The notes under the pieces: model-generated
Database searches by the model: none
The model's input: the letters and a program-made list of their open reading frames with translations, nothing else
What the model was told of the DNA's origin: nothing
Made by a program: the position numbers and the translations under genes
Shown here: positions 15,768-23,616 of the stretch, piece by piece
How the letters are laid out: each line of letters opens with the position of its first letter
Numbering within the stretch: the stretch's first letter is position 1
From: Patescibacteria group bacterium
GTDB taxonomy: Bacteria > Patescibacteriota > Patescibacteriia > Magasanikbacterales > GWA2-37-8
Direction: 5' to 3'
Length of the DNA stretch: 31,763 nt
NCBI GenBank assembly: GCA_004321885.1
Contig: SCQK01000015.1
Coordinates: 1 to 31,763, forward strand

Positions 15768-15860
15768 GTGTTTCTGAATGTGTTCTCGCTTTCCTCGGCC
15801 GCGAGGCCTCGGGCGTGGCGCTGTGGCGCCACAAGCCGCTGCGAACACATTCAGAAACAC
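15768..15860. promoter_or_regulatory. Large stem-loop between murB and hpf: an 18-bp perfect inverted repeat enclosing a 57-nt GC-rich self-complementary core. It is a candidate terminator, RNA structure or MITE-like element.
   Basis: The arm gtgtttctgaatgtgttc lies at 15768-15785 and gaacacattcagaaacac at 15843-15860. The core contains the sub-palindromes ggccgcgaggcc and ggcgctgtggcgcc. A T-run (caatttttatg) follows immediately before the hpf ATG. Confidence 0.6.
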
Positions 15861-15871
15861 AAACAATTTTT

Positions 15872-16231
15872 ATGCAAATACAAATAACCGGAAAGGGGAT
15901 AGAGCTGACAGACGCCATAAAGGATTACGTGGAAAAAAAGATGCTGGCTTTGGAAAAATTTTACGGCCGGATAATCCGCGCCGACGTGAGCGTGGGGGTG
16001 GAAAACCACCATCATCAAAAAGGAAAAATTTTCGTGGCCGAGTGCAAGTTGGAAGTGCCGGGCAAAGACTTGTTCGCCGGCAAAAATGAAAAAACTTTGT
16101 ATAAGGCAGTGGATAAAATCCGCGATTATCTGGAGGGCGAGCTGAAAAAACACAAGGTCAGATTGCAGGAAAAAAACCCCAAAGACAAGCGGCTCGTGCG
16201 CGCCAGCAAAGAATATCTTCCAGAAGAATGA
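15872..16231 (+). CDS. hpf: Ribosome hibernation promoting factor (short HPF/YfiA family).
   Basis: The translation 'MQIQITGKGIELTDAIKDYVEKKMLALEKFYGRIIRADVSV...' is the typical HPF N-terminus. The start is placed at the ATG at 15872. The longer track ORF from 15815 would read through the upstream hairpin. Confidence 0.8.
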   Translation: MQIQITGKGIELTDAIKDYVEKKMLALEKFYGRIIRADVSVGVENHHHQKGKIFVAECKLEVPGKDLFAGKNEKTLYKAVDKIRDYLEGELKKHKVRLQEKNPKDKRLVRASKEYLPEE

Positions 16232-18573
16232 AAGAGCAGGCAATAAAATTGATTAGGCGTTTTTGGCCGGCTGGCTATGGCTTGGTCGGCTCTTTTATTA
16301 TTTCCGCCGGCTGGAACTGGTATCACACCGCCCATCGTCCCCACTGGCGCATTATTCTCATCACGCTCGGCGTTTGGGTGGTTGTTTACGCAGGTTTTCG
16401 CGGATTCAAATGGCTTTATGCGTACTTTACGCGGCGCTTCCGCAGGCACGAGTTTTGGCAAAAGAATTTTTACGTTGTTTTAGACCAGCTTTATTTTATT
16501 TTCTCGCTTATTTTTTTGGTTTTTTTCTCGCGCGACGAAATCGTCTCGGCCCTCTACGCGCCCGTGATTTTTTTAATCTTTTATTGGCGCCTTGACCGGT
16601 ACCTCAAAAAGCACCCCGATGGCGGAATGTGGCGCCGCGTCGCGCGCGCGTTTTTTTTGTTCGGCTTTTTTATTTTTCTATTGATGGATGTTTTGCAATA
16701 TTTTGCTTTTCGTTTGTATATACTGGACCCAAACGCCAAAATTTTTAACATTGTTTTTTTCCGCGCTTGGGCCATGGCCATATTTTGGCTGGCTACATTT
16801 GCCGTCTGCGCCATCTGGTATCGCTTCACGCGCAAATGGCATCGCTACGCGCCACTCGGTTTTTGGGCGCTTTGCTTTGTCGTCTATGCCGCGCTGTGGG
16901 CGCTAAATGTAGGCGTGCTCTACTACTCGGGCTTGTACTTAAATCCGGCGCTTTTGGAACACGCCGAGGGCGGCGCCGGCGCCGGTTATCTTTCCACCGG
17001 CGTCAGCTATTTACTTTTCGCGTTATTGGCAGTAATGCTGGGTCTTTTCACTGTGCTATTTAAAAAAATCATGAAAGCGCACGGAAATTCGGCTACGCGC
17101 CACTGGAATTATTACCATTTCGCCCTCATTGCTTTGGCGCTGTTTACTTTTTTGGCCGTGGCCAGCTTCAAAACCACTCCCGAATATCTTATCATCCGTT
17201 CTTTTTATAAATACTTCCGCGGCGAAACCGAAAAAATAGAATTGAACCAGGCGGTCAAGACAAAATTAGAGCGATTTGGTCTGAAATACAACACGGACCA
17301 GTTCTACGTCGCGCACAAGGATACGGTTTATCGCTCAAATCCTCCACTCCTCGCCCCAAAATTCTCTACCAAAAAACCCAACCTCGTCATCGTTTTCCTG
17401 GAGTCCTTTTCCAGTCGCCTCACCGGCGTTTATAATCCCAAATACAAAGAGCTTACCCCGGGCCTCAACAAAATGGCCGCGGACAAAAATACCACTGTTT
17501 TCAAAAACTACTACAATGCCAGCACTCCGTCCATCACTGGCATTATTTCTTTGCTTTGCTCGTACCTCACGCCATTCGGCCACAATGAAATTCAAAACGA
17601 AAACCGCTTGCAAAGAACTGGCCTGATGTGCCTGCCGCGCGCCCTGAAAAAAAACGGCTACAAGGATTTTTTGTATATGACCGCGGTGAGCGAGGAATTC
17701 GCCAACAAGGGCTCCATTGCCAAAAGCATGGGCATAGAAAAAATGCTGGGCCAGGAAGAGCTGAAAAAATACATCAAAGCTCCGCCCCTGGCCTGGGGCT
17801 ACAGCGACCACCAGATGTTTCCGTTGTTTTTTGATTTGATGCCAAAACAGCGCGAACCGTTTTTGATGATGCTGGCCACAGTGGACACGCACCCGCCGTT
17901 TACCACGGCCAAGGATATTTTGAAATATAAAAGCGGGGGCAGCAACATGCTCAACACTTTTCACACCACCGACGACGGCTTCTCCAAATTTTGGGACCAG
18001 TTCAAGGCCAGCCCGTATTACGAGAATACAATTTTGATTGCCGTGGCCGACCACGCGGTTTTTCCGGTGGCCTACGACAAAAAGGGTTTTCCCGACGAGT
18101 ATGGCAAGCGCACTTTTTACGACGAAAATTTGTTCCTGCTCTACGCGCCTGAAAATGTTCTGCCCAAAGAGGTCAAGACGCTTTCGTCGGGGATTGATTT
18201 CACGCCAACGATTTTGCAAATGCTTGGGATAAACAAGGTGCCAAACGCGTTTGAAGGACATTCTATTTTTGACGACCGCGCCAAATTTCCAAACATCCTC
18301 GGCATGCACGAGTTCGGGCTGTATATAAACCAGGCGATTTCTCAAAATCCTACCCCTATTAGGGGGAGGGCGGGCCACCACACCAAAGAATTTGGTGTGG
18401 TGGCAGGGGAGGGGGTTGAACGTCGCACCGACTACGCGGTCCCATCGCATCTGGAATGCGCCGACGCCGAGGTCGGCGCTTCATCCAGCACCCCGCTCAC
18501 CCTTTGCGAATTTTTGCATTTCTACAAATGGAAACGCCAGATGATGGAAGAGGGCCGGTTTTGGGAGAAGTAA
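16228..18573 (+). CDS. LtaS/MdoB-like sulfatase-domain (alkaline-phosphatase superfamily) membrane protein. The N-terminal multi-TM is followed by an extracytoplasmic phosphotransferase domain, with an in-frame GC-rich insert near the C-terminus.
   Basis: About 300 aa of hydrophobic helices precede 'PNLVIVFLESFSS...NASTPSITGIISLLCSY...ATVDTHPPF', which is sulfatase/LtaS-like. Nucleotides 18353-18480 (B and A palindromes plus the gcgccgacgccgaggtcggcgc hairpin) encode 'PTPIRGRAGHHTKEFGVVAGEGVERRTDYAVPSHLECADAEVGASS'. Confidence 0.6.
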   Translation: MKEQAIKLIRRFWPAGYGLVGSFIISAGWNWYHTAHRPHWRIILITLGVWVVVYAGFRGFKWLYAYFTRRFRRHEFWQKNFYVVLDQLYFIFSLIFLVFFSRDEIVSALYAPVIFLIFYWRLDRYLKKHPDGGMWRRVARAFFLFGFFIFLLMDVLQYFAFRLYILDPNAKIFNIVFFRAWAMAIFWLATFAVCAIWYRFTRKWHRYAPLGFWALCFVVYAALWALNVGVLYYSGLYLNPALLEHAEGGAGAGYLSTGVSYLLFALLAVMLGLFTVLFKKIMKAHGNSATRHWNYYHFALIALALFTFLAVASFKTTPEYLIIRSFYKYFRGETEKIELNQAVKTKLERFGLKYNTDQFYVAHKDTVYRSNPPLLAPKFSTKKPNLVIVFLESFSSRLTGVYNPKYKELTPGLNKMAADKNTTVFKNYYNASTPSITGIISLLCSYLTPFGHNEIQNENRLQRTGLMCLPRALKKNGYKDFLYMTAVSEEFANKGSIAKSMGIEKMLGQEELKKYIKAPPLAWGYSDHQMFPLFFDLMPKQREPFLMMLATVDTHPPFTTAKDILKYKSGGSNMLNTFHTTDDGFSKFWDQFKASPYYENTILIAVADHAVFPVAYDKKGFPDEYGKRTFYDENLFLLYAPENVLPKEVKTLSSGIDFTPTILQMLGINKVPNAFEGHSIFDDRAKFPNILGMHEFGLYINQAISQNPTPIRGRAGHHTKEFGVVAGEGVERRTDYAVPSHLECADAEVGASSSTPLTLCEFLHFYKWKRQMMEEGRFWEK

Positions 18574-18579
18574 ATTTTT

Positions 18580-20211
18580 ATGAATCAAGAGCGGGCCCTG
18601 CAAATTTTAAAAACCGGCGCCAATGTTTTTCTGACCGGCGAACCCGGGTCGGGTAAAACGCACACGGTAAACGCTTATGCGCGTTATCTGCGCCAGAGGG
18701 GGATCGCGCCGGCGATTACCGCGTCCACCGGCATAGCCGCCACGCATATCGGCGGTTTTACGATACACTCGTGGAGCGGCATAGGCGTAGCGCCTCGGCT
18801 GGACAGATATTTGCTTGATAAAATTTCCACAAACGAGAGGGTGGTAAAGCGCGCGGGCGCGGCCAAAGTGCTGGTGATAGATGAAGTTTCAATGCTCGGC
18901 CCGGAAACTTTGTCCATGGTTGACGCGGTTTTGCGGGAAATCAAAAGATGCCGCGAGCCGTTTGGCGGCTTGCAAATAATTTTAGTGGGTGATTTTTTTC
19001 AATTGCCGCCGGTGGAAAAAAACCTTCCGGAAATTCAGAATAGTTTACTCCAAGATAGGCCGGCGCGATTCGCCTTTGATTCGCCGGGCTGGAAAAATCT
19101 GCGGCCAATGGTTTGCTATCTCACGGAACAGCATCGGCAGGACGATCCGCAATTTTTGGGTTTGCTTTCCGCCATCCGTGGAAATCGCTTTAGCGACAAT
19201 CATCTATCTTTGATAAACAGCCGTAAAACCGAATCCGCCCAAGCGCCCGATCGCGTTCCCAAACTTTTTTCCCATAACATTGACGTTGGCCGCGTAAACG
19301 ATGAAACATTGTCCAAGCTTCCCGGGCCGGAAAAAACTTTTTTTATGTCATCGCGCGGAAACCCGCGATTGGTTGAATTTTTAATAAAGGGTTGCCTATC
19401 GCCTGAAAAACTTTGTTTAAAAAAGGGCGCGGCCGTGATGTTCACGAAAAATAATCAGGCCGAAGGGTATGTCAACGGCACGCTGGGAGTGGTACAAAAT
19501 TTCAGCGAGTCAGGCGCTCCGATTATAAAAACGCGCGGCGGGCGGTTTATTGATGTGACAGCGGCCGAGTGGGCGCTGGAAGACAACGGACGCGTGCTGG
19601 CGACGATTGAACAATTGCCCCTACGTTTGGCCTGGGCCATTACCGTGCACAAAAGTCAGGGTATGAGTTTGGATGAAGCGACCATGGATTTGAGCCGTGT
19701 TTTTGAATATGGACAGGGATACGTGGCTCTGTCGCGCGTGCGGCGGCTCTCGGGCGTGCATTTGCTGGGCTGGAACGAACGCGCTTTCGCCGTGCACCCG
19801 GAGGTTTTGGAAAAAGATCAGGAGTTTAGAACTTCGTCGTTGGCATCGGAAGAGGCGTTCGCGAAATTGCCGGACGAGGAACTAAAAAAAATGAGCGATA
19901 ATTTTGTCGTGGCCTGCGGAGGCCAGGTCGGTGGCGTCGTGTCCCCCTCCTTTATAAGGAGGGGGCAGGGGGAGGTATTGCAGGGGTCATCGCGGTCGGG
20001 CGGCTTTGATAAAATCCGTCAAGATCACCCAAACGCCTATCGCCCGTGGGAGCCGGAGCAAGACGAAGAATTAAAAAAACTTTTCGCGCGAAAAACATCA
20101 ATCAAGGATATATCAAAAAAACTTGGCCGCAAAAAAGGCGGCATCACTTCGCGCCTGGTGCGTCTGGGCGTTGTTGAAAGCCGCGAGCAAGCCAGGGCAC
20201 AGCGCGGTTAA
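18580..20211 (+). CDS. SF1B PIF1/RecD-like ATP-dependent DNA helicase with a C-terminal HTH-like tail.
   Basis: Walker A 'TGEPGSGKTH', Walker B 'VLVIDEVSMLG' and 'ILVGDFFQLPPV' are present. The C-terminal portion is UvrD_C-like, and the last about 60 aa are 'KKLFARKTSIKDISKKLGRKKGGITSRLVRLGV'. Nucleotides 19943-19965 (B-type palindrome) are in frame, encoding 'VVSPSFIRRGQGE'. Confidence 0.75.
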   Translation: MNQERALQILKTGANVFLTGEPGSGKTHTVNAYARYLRQRGIAPAITASTGIAATHIGGFTIHSWSGIGVAPRLDRYLLDKISTNERVVKRAGAAKVLVIDEVSMLGPETLSMVDAVLREIKRCREPFGGLQIILVGDFFQLPPVEKNLPEIQNSLLQDRPARFAFDSPGWKNLRPMVCYLTEQHRQDDPQFLGLLSAIRGNRFSDNHLSLINSRKTESAQAPDRVPKLFSHNIDVGRVNDETLSKLPGPEKTFFMSSRGNPRLVEFLIKGCLSPEKLCLKKGAAVMFTKNNQAEGYVNGTLGVVQNFSESGAPIIKTRGGRFIDVTAAEWALEDNGRVLATIEQLPLRLAWAITVHKSQGMSLDEATMDLSRVFEYGQGYVALSRVRRLSGVHLLGWNERAFAVHPEVLEKDQEFRTSSLASEEAFAKLPDEELKKMSDNFVVACGGQVGGVVSPSFIRRGQGEVLQGSSRSGGFDKIRQDHPNAYRPWEPEQDEELKKLFARKTSIKDISKKLGRKKGGITSRLVRLGVVESREQARAQRG

Positions 20212-20337
20212 GTCAACTAAAACCGTCCCATTCGAGTCGCCTCAAAAGCGGCTTTTCTTGTAATTTCCGGCGGGGAGGAGTAAAATAAGGTTAAAAACCA
20301 AAATGAATGTCCAATTATAGACATAATAGGATCCAGC

Positions 20338-21171
20338 TTGTCGGGTATGTCAAAAATTTTGGAAAATATTAAGCAGCGACCATATTTTTCGAAGAACAAT
20401 TTTGTCCTGTACAGGGACAACTGTTTAAATATTCTGGGAAAATTACCAGAGAATTCGGTTGACATGATTTTTGCAGATCCTCCTTATTTGCTTTCGAACG
20501 GCGGAATGACGTGCAATGGGGGGAAAATGGTAAGCGTTGATAAAGGGCAGTGGGATGTGAGTAACGGTTTAAAAAAGGACTGGGAATTTCATTTGAGCTG
20601 GATTAAAGCGTGTCATCGAGTATTAAAGCCATGCGGAACAATTTGGATAAGTGGGACCTATCACTCCATTTATCAATGCGGATTCGCTTTGCAGGTCAAC
20701 AAATTTCATATTTTGAATGATATTGCCTGGTTCAAACCGAATGCGTCTCCAAATTTGAGTTGTCGATTTTTTACTGCTAGCCACGAAACGATTATTTGGG
20801 CTCGGAAAGATAAAAAAGGAAAACACAAATTTAATTATGAGCTAATGAAAAACAGAGACTGGACGGGTGATTTTATAAAAAAACCGAATCTTCAAATGCG
20901 AAGTGTTTGGGCTATTTATCCTCCCAAAAAAGAAGAAAAGATTTTTGGTAAGCACCCCACTCAAAAACCGATAGATTTATTGGTTAGGATTATCCTCGCA
21001 AGCACAGATAAGGGCGACATTGTTTTGGACCCATTTACCGGCTCTTCAACTTCAGGGCTGGCGGCATTTTTGAATGAAAGAAAATTCGTTGGTATTGATT
21101 TGGAAAAAAAATATCTAGATATATCCATTAAACGTTTCAGCAGTTTTAAAAAAGAAGCCCCTCATTTATGA
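20338..21171 (+). CDS. Orphan beta-class DNA amino-methyltransferase (N6-adenine or N4-cytosine).
   Basis: An 'DMIFADPPYLL' (DPPY) motif is N-terminal, and 'HPTQKPIDLLVRIILAST..GDIVLDPFTGSSTSG' is C-terminal. The islet is low-GC (about one-third). No intact REase ORF is adjacent. Confidence 0.85.
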   Translation: MSGMSKILENIKQRPYFSKNNFVLYRDNCLNILGKLPENSVDMIFADPPYLLSNGGMTCNGGKMVSVDKGQWDVSNGLKKDWEFHLSWIKACHRVLKPCGTIWISGTYHSIYQCGFALQVNKFHILNDIAWFKPNASPNLSCRFFTASHETIIWARKDKKGKHKFNYELMKNRDWTGDFIKKPNLQMRSVWAIYPPKKEEKIFGKHPTQKPIDLLVRIILASTDKGDIVLDPFTGSSTSGLAAFLNERKFVGIDLEKKYLDISIKRFSSFKKEAPHL

Positions 21172-21282
21172 AAATTGTTACTCGTGCAACGGCGATCGAA
21201 AATTTAAAAAAAGCTTTAGGAAAAAATTTGAGAGCCCTATCAAAAAAATATCAAGTGACCACTTTGGAATTGAGGTAAAATA
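21169..21282 (+). pseudogene. A 37-codon ORF translationally coupled (ATGA overlap) to the orphan methyltransferase. It is a possible 5' remnant of a lost restriction endonuclease gene.
   Basis: The methyltransferase stop TGA overlaps the ATG (ttATGAaaattg). The ORF reads MKIVTRATAIENLKKALGKNLRALSKKYQVTTLELR* and then runs into the transketolase 5' region. Confidence 0.25.
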
Positions 21283-21303
21283 TGGACACTAATAATTTTT
21301 AAT

Positions 21304-23616
21304 ATGGCGCAAAAAGTTTTCACGACGACAAAAACCCCACCCCCTGCCACCGCCGCGAGGCGGGGCCCCGCCGTGGCGGTGGCCCCTCCCCTAAAAGGGG
21401 AGGGGGCCAACTGGATTCCCGCCTCCGCTGGAATGACAACTTTAGAAAAATTAGCCCGGATGTTGCGGGCCCTGATATTCGCCTCGGTGGAAGCCGGCCA
21501 ATCAGGCCATCCGGGCGGCAGCAGTTCCAAGGTGGAGCAATTTTTAACAATGCTCCTCGGCGGTTTTGTGGCTTTTGACCCGGCCAATCCTAAAAATCCC
21601 GGGCGCGACCGCGTGGTGTGGAGCTCTGGCCATTGTACGCCTTTGCTCTACGGCGGTCTGGCCATGCTCTATGAAGCCATGCGGCGCGAGGGCAGGCAAT
21701 TTTCCAAAGCCGCTGTGGGCGCCGTGTTTCCCGAAGACCTGGCCAGCTTTCGCCAGACCCACGGCTTGCCCGGGCATGCTGAAAGCGTGTATCCGCTGGT
21801 GGATGTTTCCACCGCCTCATCAGGCCACGGGCTGTCAGCCGCGGTTGGGATAGCCATGGCACACAAATCCAGTGGTCTTGATACAAAAATTTGGGTGCTC
21901 ATGGGTGATGCCGAAACTGAAGAAGGCATCAGCTACGAAGCGCGCAATGTGGCCGCGGCTTCGGGCCTAAACAATGTTATTGTTTCTTTGGATTACAACG
22001 GCTTTGGCATAGACGGCCCCATCACCGAGGCCATGGTTTCCAGCCCGGGCGCGCAGTGGTCGGCCCTGGGCTGGAATGTGCTCATAGCCGACGGCCATGA
22101 TTTTTCCGCCCTGGCCGCGGCCTACGCTAAAGCACAGCGCGCGGACAAGCCCACGGTGGTGGTTTGCCGCACCATCAAAGGCAAGCATTATGGGGCGCGG
22201 GAAAACAGCCATTCTTCGCACGGCACGCCCTTGCCTCATGACGAGTATGCCGCGGCAGTCAAAAAATTAGGGTTTGATATAAAAGGAGAAAAGGGCAAGG
22301 CCATCGCGGACATAGAAAAAATTATAGACCAGCTGGGCGAACGCGAGGCTGATTTTATTTCCAAAGCGCTCAAAAAATGCGCGGCCAAAATCAAACCCGA
22401 AGAAGAGCTGGTAAAAAAAATGAAAACCGCCCTGCCGGGCAGGCCGTTTAAGGGCGTTCTGAATGTGCAGCGGCCGAAAAAATTGTCGCCCGAACTGGTG
22501 TTTGCTCCGGGCGCCAATGTCAGCGGGCGCAAGGCGGCCCAGGCCTGGTGCAAATGGCTGATGACCCAGAGCGCGTTTGTGTTTGCCGGCGCCGGCGACG
22601 TCAGCAAGTCCGTACTCACTGCCGCGGCGGAAAACGTGTACGGCGTTATCGGACCGGCCAATCCGCTGGGCCGCGGCATTCGCTTTGGCATTGCCGAGGC
22701 CAACATGGGCATGGTTGCCAGCGCGCTGTCGCAGGAAATTTTGCCCGGCGGCATTCGGCCCTCTTGTATTTTTGGCACCTACAGCGTGTTCGCCCCCATG
22801 ATGGCCAACAGCATTCGCATGTCTTTAATTGACAGAAAAATAAATAAAGACCGGCGCGGATTTTTTGTGGCTTTGGCGTCTCACGACGGACCAGAAACAG
22901 GCGAAGACGGCCCCACACATCAGGGTCTTTACTGGATGTCGCTTTTTGACGCCTATCCGGGCATAAAAGTGTACAAGCCCGCCGACGCCAACGAAACAAT
23001 AGAAATGCTTTTTCACGCCCTCCAAATCGGCGAGCCGATAGTTTTGTCTTTGCCGCGCGCGGACTGGCCCGTGATAGACCGCGCTTGCGCGCCGGCGGCC
23101 AGCGAAGCGAATAACGGCGCGTATGTTTTTAAGGATTACACCCCCTCCTCGCCACCACACCAAAGCATTTGGTGTGGTGGCGAGCCTCCCCCTTCTAAAG
23201 GGGGAGGGAAAACGGCTGCTCCACAAATAAGGGGAGGGAAACGTATCGTGCTCGCCGTCTGCGGAGGCCAGCTCTTGCAAAACACGCTGGCCATACTGCC
23301 AGACTTGGAAAAGAAAAAATTGAACGTCAAAATTATCGTGGTAACGGCGCCCGAGCTGTTTGAGGATTTGCGCGCTCGCGACCCGAAAAAAGCGCGCGCT
23401 ATTTTAAGCGACGAAGAACGCGCCGACATAATCACCCTGCACAACGGCTGGCCCGGATTTTTGCGCCGATTTTTACTGCCGGAAAATTACGCCGCGCGCG
23501 AAATCGGAGTCGCGGATTTTTTGGTTTCCTGCAAACCGGCCGACGCCTACGACATCGCCGAACTTTCGCCCAAAGACCTAATAAAAAAAATCCTAAAAAA
23601 TGTCAAAGATAACTAA
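21304..23616 (+). CDS. tkt: Transketolase (TPP-dependent). The likely true start is the ATG at 21433, because the first 43 codons of the long ORF lie in C- and B-type palindromic elements. It also carries an internal in-frame A/B element.
   Basis: Motifs 'SGHPGGSSS', 'GDAETEEGISYEA' and 'GEDGPTHQG' are transketolase hallmark motifs. Nucleotides 21346-21405 are palindromic repeats. Nucleotides 23150-23240 (A plus B elements) encode 'PSSPPHQSIWCGGEPPPSKGGGKTAAPQIRGGK'. Confidence 0.85.
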   Translation: MAQKVFTTTKTPPPATAARRGPAVAVAPPLKGEGANWIPASAGMTTLEKLARMLRALIFASVEAGQSGHPGGSSSKVEQFLTMLLGGFVAFDPANPKNPGRDRVVWSSGHCTPLLYGGLAMLYEAMRREGRQFSKAAVGAVFPEDLASFRQTHGLPGHAESVYPLVDVSTASSGHGLSAAVGIAMAHKSSGLDTKIWVLMGDAETEEGISYEARNVAAASGLNNVIVSLDYNGFGIDGPITEAMVSSPGAQWSALGWNVLIADGHDFSALAAAYAKAQRADKPTVVVCRTIKGKHYGARENSHSSHGTPLPHDEYAAAVKKLGFDIKGEKGKAIADIEKIIDQLGEREADFISKALKKCAAKIKPEEELVKKMKTALPGRPFKGVLNVQRPKKLSPELVFAPGANVSGRKAAQAWCKWLMTQSAFVFAGAGDVSKSVLTAAAENVYGVIGPANPLGRGIRFGIAEANMGMVASALSQEILPGGIRPSCIFGTYSVFAPMMANSIRMSLIDRKINKDRRGFFVALASHDGPETGEDGPTHQGLYWMSLFDAYPGIKVYKPADANETIEMLFHALQIGEPIVLSLPRADWPVIDRACAPAASEANNGAYVFKDYTPSSPPHQSIWCGGEPPPSKGGGKTAAPQIRGGKRIVLAVCGGQLLQNTLAILPDLEKKKLNVKIIVVTAPELFEDLRARDPKKARAILSDEERADIITLHNGWPGFLRRFLLPENYAAREIGVADFLVSCKPADAYDIAELSPKDLIKKILKNVKDN

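Noticed and set aside
17335-18450. 371-aa ORF antisense to the LtaS-like gene, and a 440-aa ORF (24440-25762) antisense to the P-type ATPase
   Set aside because: Both are low-complexity, Arg/Gly/His-rich shadow ORFs opposite genes with strong family motifs on the sense strand. Neither has recognisable motifs.
20212-20240. Possible terminator after the helicase gene (gcctcaaaagcggcttttctt)
   Set aside because: The stem is only 3-5 bp with poor complementarity. It is not convincing as an intrinsic terminator.
20217-20465. 82-aa minus-strand ORF overlapping the 5' end of the orphan methyltransferase
   Set aside because: It overlaps the methyltransferase N-terminus, including the DPPY region on the other strand, in AT-rich sequence. 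It has no motif or start context and is probably spurious.
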